This document shows positions 19,672 to 29,672 of a stretch of 64,000 nt of DNA, one piece after another. Position 1 is the stretch's first letter. Each line of letters opens with the position of its first letter. Origin of the DNA: an uncultured Flavobacteriaceae bacterium (GTDB lineage: Bacteria > Bacteroidota > Bacteroidia > NS11-12g > UBA955); contig CAYVDH010000001.1 of NCBI GenBank assembly GCA_964450355.1, positions 2,767 through 66,766 of the forward strand, in the 5' to 3' direction. Below the pieces are notes generated by a model. The model was given only the letters and a program-made list of their open reading frames with translations, made no database searches and was not told the origin of the DNA. The position numbers and the translations under genes were made by a program.

Positions 19672-19859
19672 AAATTATTTGGCATTTATAAATATTTTAT
19701 TATGCAATAATTGAAAAATAATAAAACAATAAAACAATCTTTATTGGAAAACAAATACTTCATTAGTCCATCAAAAATCAAGCACCAAACCTGTATAACT
19801 CTATAAATAAAATTATTCGTTCAATACAACTCAATTCCTTATTTTCGCAAACTAATATT

Positions 19860-20834
19860 TTGTCCACTTCAATTGATACTATAAAACTCCCTATTGACAA
19901 TGAATTAAAATTGTTTGAATTGGCGTTCAGCAAAAGCATGAAAACCCATGTACCATTGCTCAACACCATTATGCACTACATAGTAAAAAGAAAAGGAAAA
20001 CAAATTAGACCTATGTTTGTGTTGTTTTGCGCTAAATTGCATGGTGAAATCAACGAAAGAACATACAGAGGAGCCAGCTTGATTGAATTGCTACATACAG
20101 CCACCCTTGTTCATGATGACGTGGTAGATGGCAGCGACAAGAGAAGAGGATTTTTCAGTATTAATGCCCTTTGGAAAAACAAAATTGCTGTGTTGGTAGG
20201 AGATTTCTTACTAGCCAAGGGCTTGTTACTCTCCGTTGACAACAACGATTTCGACTTGCTTAAAATCGTCAGCGAAAGCGTAAAATTGATGAGCGAAGGA
20301 GAACTTCTTCAACTTGAAAAAGCCCGCAGATTGGATATCACAGAAGAGGTATATTACGATATCATCACTAAAAAAACTGCTTCATTGATTGCTAGTTGTT
20401 GCGCAATTGGATCAGCAGCAGCTAATGCCAGTGTCGAAACCATTGAGAAAATGAGACTTTTTGGCGAATACAGTGGCATAGCTTTTCAAATAAAAGACGA
20501 CCTTTTTGATTATGGAGACAACTCCACAGGCAAACCAACTGGCATCGATATCAAAGAAAAGAAAATGACACTTCCTTTGATTTTTGCACTGAATCAAGCT
20601 ACCAAACCTGAAAGAAAACACATCATTTATCTAGTAAAAAACAAAAGCCACAAAAAAGAAACGGCTAAAGAAGTGATACAATTTGTATTGAATAAGGGAG
20701 GATTTGACTATGCCAACAAACAAATGGAGCTATACCGCAACAAAGCCAGAACTATATTGAACGAAATGCCTGATAACGAGGCAAGAAATAGCTTAAATCA
20801 ATTGTTAGATTTTGTAATAGAAAGAAAAAAATAA
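19860..20834 (+). CDS. Polyprenyl diphosphate synthase (trans-isoprenyl, octaprenyl/solanesyl type)
   Basis: The two aspartate-rich motifs are LVHDDVVD and KDDLFDYGD. There is an apparent TTG start at 19860, and no in-frame ATG would preserve the conserved N-terminus. Confidence 0.85.
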   Translation: MSTSIDTIKLPIDNELKLFELAFSKSMKTHVPLLNTIMHYIVKRKGKQIRPMFVLFCAKLHGEINERTYRGASLIELLHTATLVHDDVVDGSDKRRGFFSINALWKNKIAVLVGDFLLAKGLLLSVDNNDFDLLKIVSESVKLMSEGELLQLEKARRLDITEEVYYDIITKKTASLIASCCAIGSAAANASVETIEKMRLFGEYSGIAFQIKDDLFDYGDNSTGKPTGIDIKEKKMTLPLIFALNQATKPERKHIIYLVKNKSHKKETAKEVIQFVLNKGGFDYANKQMELYRNKARTILNEMPDNEARNSLNQLLDFVIERKK

Positions 20835-22051
20835 TGAGTGTCAGTTCGTTTATTGCCCAAAAATTAGCTTTAAGTAAAAACAAAACCTTCACTTCATTAA
20901 TTATACGCTTGGCTTGGATAGGTGTGGCCCTTAGCGTTTCTGTCATGATTATTGCTGTATCGGTAGTGATTGGATACAAAAAACAAATATCCGAAAAAGT
21001 CATTGGTTTTAATGGCCACCTCGAAATACACTCAACCGGTTCAACTGGCAACTTTGATTACACTTTGTTTACGGATTCTACTCCATTAGTGAACGATTTA
21101 AAAAAAATTAAAGATTTGGGCGAAATTCAACCCATCATTGCTAAACCAGGGATTTTGAAATCTGACGAGGAAGTGGAAGGGATTATTTTCAAAGGAGTAT
21201 CTGCAAATTATAATTTTAATTTTTTTAACAAAAACTTAATTAAAGGCAAATGCCCTAACACCTCTGACAGCACTAGAAAGAGAGAAATCATGGTTTCGCA
21301 ATTGTTGGCAAAAAAGCTTAAGCTAGATACTGGACAAAAAGTTAAAATATTTTTCATTAATGAGCCTGTCAGAGTAATTCCATGTAAAATTACTGGAATA
21401 TACGAAACGGGCCTTGAAGAAAGTGACCAAGTAATGGTTATAGGAAGCCTTAAGGAAATGCAAAGAATATTTGCAAATAAAAACCAAAAAATCACTCACT
21501 ATGAAATCACCACTTCAAACACCAAAAACTTAGCACAATTTACAGATTTAGTACATAAAAAAATACCCCTTGAATTAGCCGCTCAAAACATGATTCAACT
21601 CAATCCTCAAATTTTTGACTGGCTTGGCTACCTTGATCAAAACATTTCCATCATATTGACTTTAATGATTGTTGTTGCCTGCATCAACATGATGACAGCC
21701 CTGCTTGTACTTATCATCGAACGCACCAACATGATTGGAGTTCTAAAAGCTGTTGGTTCCACTAACAAACTCATTAGAAAAATATTTTTAAATCATGCCT
21801 TTTATATATTATTGATTGGATTAATTTTAGGTAACATTTTAGGCCTTTCCATTAGCCTCATTCAACAACACTACCACGTCATCAAACTACCTCAAGAAAC
21901 TTATTATTTATCATACGTTCCAATCCATATCAATTGGTTCTTTGTTTTATTAATCAACATCGGAACAGTTTCCATTTGCATGATTTCCTTGCTTATTCCT
22001 TCGAGAATGATAAGCAATATCCACCCAGTAAAAGCCATTAAATTCAACTAA
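20834..22051 (+). CDS. FtsX/LolE-family ABC transporter permease
   Basis: 405 aa with an N-terminal TM, a large periplasmic loop and a C-terminal 3-TM FtsX-like domain. The start overlaps the upstream stop (TAATG). Confidence 0.8.
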   Translation: MSVSSFIAQKLALSKNKTFTSLIIRLAWIGVALSVSVMIIAVSVVIGYKKQISEKVIGFNGHLEIHSTGSTGNFDYTLFTDSTPLVNDLKKIKDLGEIQPIIAKPGILKSDEEVEGIIFKGVSANYNFNFFNKNLIKGKCPNTSDSTRKREIMVSQLLAKKLKLDTGQKVKIFFINEPVRVIPCKITGIYETGLEESDQVMVIGSLKEMQRIFANKNQKITHYEITTSNTKNLAQFTDLVHKKIPLELAAQNMIQLNPQIFDWLGYLDQNISIILTLMIVVACINMMTALLVLIIERTNMIGVLKAVGSTNKLIRKIFLNHAFYILLIGLILGNILGLSISLIQQHYHVIKLPQETYYLSYVPIHINWFFVLLINIGTVSICMISLLIPSRMISNIHPVKAIKFN

Positions 22052-22591
22052 ATGAACTACCCATTTACTCTTAAAATATCTTCTGTTACCAATCTGTCTG
22101 ACGCCAGATATGCTGCTGGTGCTTGGGCTAACTACCTTGGTTTTTGTTGTGACCCCAGCAACACAAACTACATTGACCCCAATAAAATGAAAGAAATTAA
22201 GGCTTGGGTCAATGGCCCTGAAATTGTTTTGGAATTCAACAAGCAACCCCTTGAATGGATCAGTGATTTTTGCCATGAAATAAAACCAAATGCCATTCAA
22301 ATACCACTTGAATTTTACAACCCTCAACTCATAGAATTACAATTAAAAATCATCCTTGAAGTCAGTTCGATAAGTACCATCCCAGTAGGCATTACTGAGT
22401 TGATTACCTCAGACAGTGACATTGCAAAACATTACACAAATTCAGGATACACTGTCATGTATCAAATAGAAAACCTAAATGAAGACATCAAGGATTACAA
22501 TGGAATAGCCTTGTTAGGTTTAATGGAAGACAAACCTGGAACCAGAGACCACAGCAATTGGACAGCTTTTTTAGAACCTTATATGAATTGA
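22052..22591 (+). CDS. Hypothetical protein, possibly TrpF-like (phosphoribosylanthranilate isomerase-like fold)
   Basis: The N-terminus LKISSVTNLSDARYAAGAWANYLGF resembles TrpF-like proteins. The ATG directly abuts the upstream stop. This is a weak call from memory. Confidence 0.35.
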   Translation: MNYPFTLKISSVTNLSDARYAAGAWANYLGFCCDPSNTNYIDPNKMKEIKAWVNGPEIVLEFNKQPLEWISDFCHEIKPNAIQIPLEFYNPQLIELQLKIILEVSSISTIPVGITELITSDSDIAKHYTNSGYTVMYQIENLNEDIKDYNGIALLGLMEDKPGTRDHSNWTAFLEPYMN

Positions 22592-23223
22592 AATTGCAAG
22601 TATTTAATGGTTATTCCTTGCTCTCTCCACATCCTTTCATAATACGTTTTAATTTTTAATTCATCGGGCATCGGGTCTAAATCATCAATATTCATTACTA
22701 CTTGTGTTATTTGTATGTTTTTGTCTTTGATGTTTTGAAGTGAGTAATTGAATAAAAAATCACTGTCTGTTTTCAAATTAATTTTCTTTTCAACACCTAA
22801 AATCGTTTTGTATTTATCTAAGTATTTATCGCTAGTAAGCCTTTGTTTCTCTCTGGGTTTTTGAGGTTGTGGATCGGGGAAAGTAATCCAAATTTCCTCC
22901 ACTTCTCCATACTCAAAATAATCAGTTAAAAAATCAATTTGAATCCTTAAAAAGGCAACATTTGACCTGTTTGATTCTATGGCTGTTTTAGCCCCCAACC
23001 ACATTCTTGAAGTTTTAACATCTATGCCTATAAAATTTTTATCAGGATACAATTCAGCTAATCCTAGGGTGTATTCACCTCTGCCACACGCCAGCTCTAA
23101 AACAATGGGATGATTGTTTTTAAACACCTCACTTTTCCATTTTCCTTTTAACTGGTTTCTAGCATCGAAAGTATTAGTAAAATTTTGATATTCGTTGAAT
23201 TTTTTTAATTTGTTTTTTGGCAT
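22579..23223 (-). CDS. trmB: tRNA (guanine-N7)-methyltransferase
   Basis: LELACGRGEYTLGLAELYPDKNFIGIDVK SAM-binding motif. I start it at the internal ATG (MPKNKLKKF) because a -7 motif lies inside the longer ORF. Confidence 0.9.
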   Translation of the reverse strand: MPKNKLKKFNEYQNFTNTFDARNQLKGKWKSEVFKNNHPIVLELACGRGEYTLGLAELYPDKNFIGIDVKTSRMWLGAKTAIESNRSNVAFLRIQIDFLTDYFEYGEVEEIWITFPDPQPQKPREKQRLTSDKYLDKYKTILGVEKKINLKTDSDFLFNYSLQNIKDKNIQITQVVMNIDDLDPMPDELKIKTYYERMWREQGITIKYLQFQFI

Positions 23224-23234
23224 GTATTCAGCAG

Positions 23235-23242
23235 CAAAGGTA
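23235..23242 (-). promoter_or_regulatory. Candidate -7 element TACCTTTG for trmB
   Basis: 11 nt upstream of the ATG at 23223. Confidence 0.45.
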
Positions 23243-23278
23243 ATTAACAACTACTCATTTTTAAAATTGAAATAAAAA

Positions 23279-23866
23279 TCAATACACTTTGTATTTAGTT
23301 CTTTTTACCAATTGTTTTAAAACATGGTCATATTTAATTTTATTTTTATTTAATTTCACTTTTTTAGGTAATGCCATAGGCAAATAAACAGCATAGAACA
23401 ACAACCCTGATGTAAAGCTTGCAACATAAGTTGTTTTATCTTCTCTTGACAAAAAATATCCATCACCGGTTTGAAATGTGCCTATACCTGATATTAGACC
23501 TGAACAAAGAACAATTAAACCTCCTTTCAGTCCATTTTTATCCCTGTTAATTTTTAAGCTTGTGATATTTTTAAAATAAAACTTTCTAAAAATAACTACA
23601 TTTAACTTAGCTGTATCTATCTTTTTAGGATTCACATTGCACACCACTATACCATTGCTATCAATTTGGTACAAATAAGCTAAATATGGCCTCTGATTGT
23701 GTAATATTTTAGCTGTTTTAATGTGAACTTTATACACTTTTTTATATTCAAATACATGACAACTTAGTGAGTCATTGTCTTTAGTTACCACTTTAAATGA
23801 CTGACCTTTCACATTGAACAAACTCAACAACGACAACACTAACAACAAAGCCAATGAGTTATTCAT
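23279..23866 (-). CDS. Hypothetical protein with signal peptide and C-terminal hydrophobic segments
   Basis: 195-aa ORF that overlaps the upstream gene by 8 nt. I recognised no family. Confidence 0.4.
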   Translation of the reverse strand: MNNSLALLLVLSLLSLFNVKGQSFKVVTKDNDSLSCHVFEYKKVYKVHIKTAKILHNQRPYLAYLYQIDSNGIVVCNVNPKKIDTAKLNVVIFRKFYFKNITSLKINRDKNGLKGGLIVLCSGLISGIGTFQTGDGYFLSREDKTTYVASFTSGLLFYAVYLPMALPKKVKLNKNKIKYDHVLKQLVKRTKYKVY

Positions 23867-24839
23867 TTATTAACTTATTTATTTTTAATCTATCCACCTT
23901 TCCACCTTCGTTCATTGGAATTTCATCTATACAAATTATTTCTTTTGGCACTATGTATGGGTTTATTTTTTTTAGAAAATACAAATCATCTGTTGTCAAG
24001 TTGATTTTTGAATCATGCACAAGCACTATCTTATTTCCAAGCACTTCATCTTTCTTACTGCTTATTGCCATGTTTTCTTTTAAATTCATTTCTTTGTAAA
24101 TCAAACTTTCTATCCATTCGGGATGAAATTTCAAACCTCCTGTATTGATTACAAAATCAAGCCTTCCCAACACTTCAAACTCTCTTGAACTTAGGCAATT
24201 TACTAAATCAGTTGTAACAAGTTCTTGATTGTAAAAAGGAACATTTAGTACGGCTTCTCCACTCTCACCTTGTCGGATGCTTACCTCATCAAAACAAGTA
24301 AAATATCCATCCTTTTTTATCTCCTTATAGGCAATATGAGAATAGGTTTCGGTCATTCCGTAAGTATGAAAAATGCTTACACCATCATATTCTTCACTTT
24401 TTAATTCATTCAATAACCTAGGATTAATATCAGCCCCCCCTATCAACACTTTTTTCAATTTATTAAACCTCAATCTCGATTCCTTTTCATTCAATATATA
24501 ATGAAGCTGTTGAGGAGTGAATGAACAAACAGTTGCATTTGTATCTTTCAACAAAGGATTTAAACCAGGCTCTGCAATTTCAATGTCCACTCCCCATACT
24601 TTTGCTCTAACTAATTGCATAATCCCTCCTACTTTATTTAATGGCAAACAACACAAAATTTTATCTGAAGTATTTACTGATAAAAACTTTGCAGTATTCA
24701 TAGCGCTCCACTTCATCCATTGTTTATGAAGTATAATCTCTTTTTGATTTCCAGTGCTTCCCGATGTCTTAATTATCCATTCATGCGAAGCATCATCGTC
24801 CCAAAAAACATGAAAAGATTTTATTGCATCATCATTCAT
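23859..24839 (-). CDS. Short ANL-family adenylating enzyme (O-succinylbenzoate-CoA ligase-like)
   Basis: AMP-binding motifs TSGSTGNQKE and TYGMTET near an unusually early N-terminus; 326 aa. Confidence 0.6.
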   Translation of the reverse strand: MNDDAIKSFHVFWDDDASHEWIIKTSGSTGNQKEIILHKQWMKWSAMNTAKFLSVNTSDKILCCLPLNKVGGIMQLVRAKVWGVDIEIAEPGLNPLLKDTNATVCSFTPQQLHYILNEKESRLRFNKLKKVLIGGADINPRLLNELKSEEYDGVSIFHTYGMTETYSHIAYKEIKKDGYFTCFDEVSIRQGESGEAVLNVPFYNQELVTTDLVNCLSSREFEVLGRLDFVINTGGLKFHPEWIESLIYKEMNLKENMAISSKKDEVLGNKIVLVHDSKINLTTDDLYFLKKINPYIVPKEIICIDEIPMNEGGKVDRLKINKLINE

Positions 24840-26111
24840 TTATTTAGAGAGAAATACATCTACTTCTTTTAAAAAGGCATCAATTTCTTTTGTGTTATTA
24901 TAGATGTGAGTAGATACTCTTAAACAATTGATTTCATTTTCAGCTACAAACCTTGTCACAATATTATTTTCTGTGCATTGGTTATGCAAATCGGACATGG
25001 ATTTATCTTTTATTTTAAAAGAAATTTGGGCAGCTTTTGAAATGGCTTCTGTAGGAGTTAACATGTCTATGTTTTTATTTAACTTCATTAAATTTTCTTG
25101 AAGATAATTGGACAAATATTTCACTCTTTTTTCAATCAACTCTTTGCCAATGTTGTTTTGAAACTCTATGCACTTTTCAATCCCTTTGAACAACGCAGCA
25201 TTTTGAGTTCCGTAGAAATACCTATGACCATTATCTACATAACCTTTTAAAATTGGTGGCTTAGTTAGCATATCCCAACCTGTATCAAACCCGCCACCGC
25301 CATAATAAGCTTGCAATTTATTTCTTTTTTCTTCAGACACAAATAAAAACCCAGTTCCTTTGGGACCTAACATCCATTTATGACAACAGCCTGCATAAAA
25401 ATCACACCCTATGTCTTTTAAATCTATTTGTAACATCCCTGGAGGATGAGCTCCATCTATCAACGAAAAAATATTTTTATCTTTTGCTAGTTTGCAAATT
25501 TCTTTAACCGGTAGCACTTGACCGATAGTGCATGGAATATGAGGCAAACTAATGACTTTTGTTCTTTTAGTGATGGCTTGTTTCACTATATTCAATGTCT
25601 CTTCAGCCGTTTTACCTAAATGAATCACCTTCAATTTAATGCCGTGTAATTTGGCCCTATTAAGCCAAGGAGTAGCATGTCCCACATGTTCATGAGTAGA
25701 AATTATGACTTCATCTCCCTTTTTTAACTTCAAACCCCAACACACCACATTGATTCCTTCGGTAACATTCCTCATCAAACTTATTTCAGAATCTTTACTA
25801 CCTAAAAATTTGGACAAACTATTAATAGCATAATCCTCATAACCACCATATCTACCTTGAGTTTCAATGTTTAACATCTCGTTTTGCACTTCATTTAACA
25901 CTGGATAAGGCGATGGTCCCATGGTTCCATTATTTAAATAAATTTTACTGCTTCTAAGAGGAAACAATTTTCTTACTGCGTTCCAATACTCTTCAGTATC
26001 TATTGGTTTTTCAGGCAATTCATTTGCCCCAAAAGAATTAGGCATGGACAGTGAAAAAGCCCCTGTAAGTAATGCTGTTTTTTTTAAAAAATCCCTTCTG
26101 TTTGTTGTCAT
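24840..26111 (-). CDS. Class V aminotransferase-fold PLP enzyme with twin-arginine (Tat) signal
   Basis: N-terminus MTTNRRDFLKKTALLTGAFSLS is a Tat motif. The class V fold region contains ...CCHKWMLGPKGTGFLF, which carries the PLP lysine. Confidence 0.8.
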   Translation of the reverse strand: MTTNRRDFLKKTALLTGAFSLSMPNSFGANELPEKPIDTEEYWNAVRKLFPLRSSKIYLNNGTMGPSPYPVLNEVQNEMLNIETQGRYGGYEDYAINSLSKFLGSKDSEISLMRNVTEGINVVCWGLKLKKGDEVIISTHEHVGHATPWLNRAKLHGIKLKVIHLGKTAEETLNIVKQAITKRTKVISLPHIPCTIGQVLPVKEICKLAKDKNIFSLIDGAHPPGMLQIDLKDIGCDFYAGCCHKWMLGPKGTGFLFVSEEKRNKLQAYYGGGGFDTGWDMLTKPPILKGYVDNGHRYFYGTQNAALFKGIEKCIEFQNNIGKELIEKRVKYLSNYLQENLMKLNKNIDMLTPTEAISKAAQISFKIKDKSMSDLHNQCTENNIVTRFVAENEINCLRVSTHIYNNTKEIDAFLKEVDVFLSK

Positions 26112-27104
26112 TTAATTAAAATTTATTTCGGCACTATCACCTAAGTTTAAACTGTGAACTGTCCCTTGCAAACAGGCATCATTTCCAATCAAGGAATTGC
26201 TTAATACTGCATTATTAATTTCAGCCATTGGTCCAATGATGGATTCTTTGATAATGGATGAGTTAATGATGGCATGCTCACCAATGCTGACATTTGGCCC
26301 AATAATGCAATTCTTTATTCTACTCCCTTTACCTATATGCACTGGTTGAATGATGATGTTTGTTGAAGCAATTTCTTTATCAACAATTATCTCTGGATTT
26401 CGTTTTAAAAGCAGTTCATTTGTTTGTAATAATATTTCTTTTTTACCACAATCGAACCAAGTCTCAACAGGAAACGAATTAAACACATACCCCATGGAAA
26501 TCATGCACATCAATGCATCGGTTAAATGAAATTCATTTTGAGTTTTGATGTTGTTTTCTATGTTTGATTCTATGCATTTTAACAATTGTTCTGTTTCTTT
26601 TACTTTATAAATACCTACCAAAGCTAAATTAGATTTTGGAATACTGGGTTTTTCCACCAATTTGGTTATTACATTTTGTTCATTTATTTCAGCTACACCA
26701 AACTGCCTTGGATCATCTACTTTTTTAACCCCTAATGTGGAGTGAGGCGATTGAATAATCTCTTTCCAATTCACCTCACAAATAGAATCCCCTAGAATTA
26801 TTAACAATTCGTCATTTATTATTTTATCTTTAGCTAACCATATCGCATGTCCTGTTCCTTTACCAGATGTTTGAATGACAAATTCAGTGTTAATTTCAGG
26901 GTAATTTTGTGTAATGTATTGTTCTATTTTATCGCCTAAATAACCTATGATAAAAACAATGTCTTTAATTCCTGCATGAACCAACTGATCTACTATATGA
27001 CCAATAATGGGCTTACCAGCCACAGGGATTAAAGACTTGGGCTGAGTGTGAGTATGTGGCCTTAGTCTTGTACCAATACCAGCTACTGGAATTACTGCTT
27101 TCAT
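26112..27104 (-). CDS. Sugar-phosphate nucleotidyltransferase with C-terminal left-handed beta-helix
   Basis: MKAVIPVAGIGTRLRPHTHTQPKSLIPVAGKP motif. The C-terminus shows hexapeptide-like repeats. Confidence 0.8.
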   Translation of the reverse strand: MKAVIPVAGIGTRLRPHTHTQPKSLIPVAGKPIIGHIVDQLVHAGIKDIVFIIGYLGDKIEQYITQNYPEINTEFVIQTSGKGTGHAIWLAKDKIINDELLIILGDSICEVNWKEIIQSPHSTLGVKKVDDPRQFGVAEINEQNVITKLVEKPSIPKSNLALVGIYKVKETEQLLKCIESNIENNIKTQNEFHLTDALMCMISMGYVFNSFPVETWFDCGKKEILLQTNELLLKRNPEIIVDKEIASTNIIIQPVHIGKGSRIKNCIIGPNVSIGEHAIINSSIIKESIIGPMAEINNAVLSNSLIGNDACLQGTVHSLNLGDSAEINFN

Positions 27105-27109
27105 TTATA

Positions 27110-27117
27110 CAAACTTA
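27110..27117 (-). promoter_or_regulatory. Candidate -7 element TAAGTTTG, 5 nt from the start codon at 27104
   Basis: caaactta at 27110..27117; a leaderless-type arrangement. Confidence 0.4.
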
Positions 27118-27225
27118 CATAGTTTTTTAATTTATCAAAAAAAACATTTTACTTATCGTATAAATATTCATGATGGTCGATAAAATAAAAACCAATTACA
27201 TTTATATTATTCCTTTGATTGATTT

Positions 27226-28134
27226 ATGTCAACAACCCCCATTTTAAGCATTGAAAACGTAAGCAAATTTTACACAAACAAAACTGCTTTAAATAAAGTA
27301 AGCATGACCGTTCCTAAAGGTGAAATATATGGATTGTTAGGTCCAAATGGCGCTGGAAAAACCACTTTGATTCGCATATTAAATCAGATTACACAACCAG
27401 ACGAGGGTAAAGTGTTGTTTTACAACGAACCTTTGAGCAATAAACACATCAAATCTATTGGTTATTTGCCCGAAGAAAGAGGTTTATATAAAAAAATTAA
27501 AGTTCAAACACAGTTAGAATACTTTGCAAAACTTAGAGGGTTAAATCAAAAGGAAGCTAAATCCAGGGCTGAATTTTGGCTAAATGAAATGGGATTATTC
27601 GATATTAGAAAAAAGAAAATTGAAGAATTAAGCAAAGGAATGCAACAAAAAATTCAATTCATTGTTGCTGTTATCAATGAACCTGAACTGATTATTTTGG
27701 ATGAACCTTTTAGTGGATTTGACCCTGTAAACGCTGAATTATTAACTCAAAAAATTCTTGATTTAAAAAAAAATGGTTCTACCATACTTTATTCTACTCA
27801 CCGAATGGAAAGTGTTGAAAAACTATGTGATTCCATGGCATTAATTCATCAATCAGAAAAAATACTCGATGGAACACTCTCTGAAATCAAAAACAAATTT
27901 AAGAAAGACCAATTCTCTCTATGCACAAAAGGATATTACACCCCTAGTAACTCTGAATTTAAAGTGTTAAATCAATCAGTTGATGAAATAGGCAACATCA
28001 ATTACGAAATCGCTATTGGCAACCGAAACAACAATGAATTACTTACTGATGTTTGCCAACAAACTGAAATCATTTCTTTCAATCAATACATTCCAAGCAT
28101 TAACGAAATCTTTATTCAATTGGTGACAAAATAA
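27226..28134 (+). CDS. ABC transporter ATP-binding protein (NatA-like)
   Basis: Walker A motif GPNGAGKTT, signature LSKGMQQK and Walker B motif ILDEP. Confidence 0.85.
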   Translation: MSTTPILSIENVSKFYTNKTALNKVSMTVPKGEIYGLLGPNGAGKTTLIRILNQITQPDEGKVLFYNEPLSNKHIKSIGYLPEERGLYKKIKVQTQLEYFAKLRGLNQKEAKSRAEFWLNEMGLFDIRKKKIEELSKGMQQKIQFIVAVINEPELIILDEPFSGFDPVNAELLTQKILDLKKNGSTILYSTHRMESVEKLCDSMALIHQSEKILDGTLSEIKNKFKKDQFSLCTKGYYTPSNSEFKVLNQSVDEIGNINYEIAIGNRNNNELLTDVCQQTEIISFNQYIPSINEIFIQLVTK

Positions 28135-28138
28135 CAAG

Positions 28139-29431
28139 ATGAAAAACATTTTACTCATATTAAAACACGAATACATTACTAGGGTTAGTAAAAAATCTTT
28201 TATAGTAATGACGTTGATAGGTCCGCTGTTAATTGCATTGTTTTATGGCACCATTGCCATGATTGCCTATTATCAATTTGACAGCAGCAGTGCGAAACAA
28301 ACTGCCATATTCGACCCTCATGCATCCATAAGCGACTCCATCACTTCCACTAAAACATTTACTTTTTCTCAAACAAATGACTTACAAAAAAGTAAAAAAG
28401 AGATTGAAAATGGCAATTTAGATTTTCTGATTACTATTGAAAATAAAATTGGCGACAGCATGACCTTGATTGCTAAAAAAAGCATTTCCATTTCTGACAA
28501 AAATGATTTAAAAGAGGTGTTAACACAACACCTTTTTAATCAAAATTTAAAACTAAGGGGGTTAAATTCTAATTTGATTGACAGCATTAAACCACACATT
28601 AAAATGAAAGACAATTTAATCAGTGGTGAAGTTAGCGGAACTGAAATAAAATCAGGGATTGGCTATGTAGCGGCTATGATTATTTACATGTTTATATTCA
28701 TGTATGGGGTTATGATTATGAGAGGTGTAACTGAAGAAAAAAACAACCGAATAGTTGAAATCATCATTTCATCGGTTAAACCTTTTGAGCTGATGATGGG
28801 TAAAATTTTTGGAATTGCATTAGTTGGTATCACTCAGTTCATTGCTTGGATGATGCTGACAGGAATATTAACATCCATTATAAGCATTGCATTGGGTGTA
28901 GAACTTGGCAATGACATTCAACAACAAATTCCAGTAAACGATATGAAACCAAGCGCCAATGAAATGGGCATGTTAAAAGACATCATTATCCAATTCAAAA
29001 GCATTAATTTTCTTAAAATCACTGTAGGATTTATTGTGTTTTTCTTTGGTGGATTTTTATTGTACAGTGCTTTATTTGCAGCTATTGGTAGTGCAGTAGA
29101 TAGCGAAACCGAAACTCAACAATTCATGTTACCAGTATCCATGCCTTTGATATTTGGCCTTGTAATAGCTCAAATGGCTGTAATCAAAGATCCAAATGGA
29201 ACCCTTGCTACCGTGTCTAGCATGATACCTTTTACATCTCCTGTCGTGATGATGGTAAGAATTCCATTTGATGTTTCGTGGACAGAAATAATCATATCTG
29301 CCATCATTTTGTTTTCTACTTTCGTGCTCGTAGTATGGATGGCAGCCAAAGTTTATCGAATTGGAATTTTAAGCTACGGCCAAAAAGCCAGTTATAAACA
29401 AATATGGAAATGGTTAATCAATAAAAATTAA
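28139..29431 (+). CDS. ABC-2 type permease (NatB-like)
   Basis: 430 aa with an N-terminal TM, a large extracytoplasmic domain and 5 C-terminal TMs. It lies directly downstream of the ATPase gene. Confidence 0.75.
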   Translation: MKNILLILKHEYITRVSKKSFIVMTLIGPLLIALFYGTIAMIAYYQFDSSSAKQTAIFDPHASISDSITSTKTFTFSQTNDLQKSKKEIENGNLDFLITIENKIGDSMTLIAKKSISISDKNDLKEVLTQHLFNQNLKLRGLNSNLIDSIKPHIKMKDNLISGEVSGTEIKSGIGYVAAMIIYMFIFMYGVMIMRGVTEEKNNRIVEIIISSVKPFELMMGKIFGIALVGITQFIAWMMLTGILTSIISIALGVELGNDIQQQIPVNDMKPSANEMGMLKDIIIQFKSINFLKITVGFIVFFFGGFLLYSALFAAIGSAVDSETETQQFMLPVSMPLIFGLVIAQMAVIKDPNGTLATVSSMIPFTSPVVMMVRIPFDVSWTEIIISAIILFSTFVLVVWMAAKVYRIGILSYGQKASYKQIWKWLINKN

Positions 29432-29444
29432 TTTAATTCGCACA

Positions 29445-29627
29445 ATGAAATACTTATTATTAACCTTAATTACAGCAACTGCATTTTTTTCATGTACAAA
29501 TTCAGCTAAAGAACAAGAAGAAAAAAAACGCGACAGCATAGAAACAGTTGAAGACAAAAAAGTGGATCAGATTCTACAAAATGAAGATTCATTGATGGAA
29601 GCCAAACGCAAGGAATTAGGAATATAA
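29445..29627 (+). CDS. Small lipoprotein
   Basis: MKYLLLTLITATAFFSC lipobox; 60 aa with a charged tail. Confidence 0.4.
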   Translation: MKYLLLTLITATAFFSCTNSAKEQEEKKRDSIETVEDKKVDQILQNEDSLMEAKRKELGI

Positions 29628-29652
29628 CTTTCAATTTTAAAGGGAAAAGGCA

Positions 29653-29660
29653 TAAATTTG
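29653..29660 (+). promoter_or_regulatory. Candidate -7 element TAAATTTG for glyQS
   Basis: 12 nt upstream of the ATG at 29673. It overlaps the TTG start used by the ORF track, which favours the ATG. Confidence 0.45.
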
Positions 29661-29672
29661 CCCCTTTCAAAA

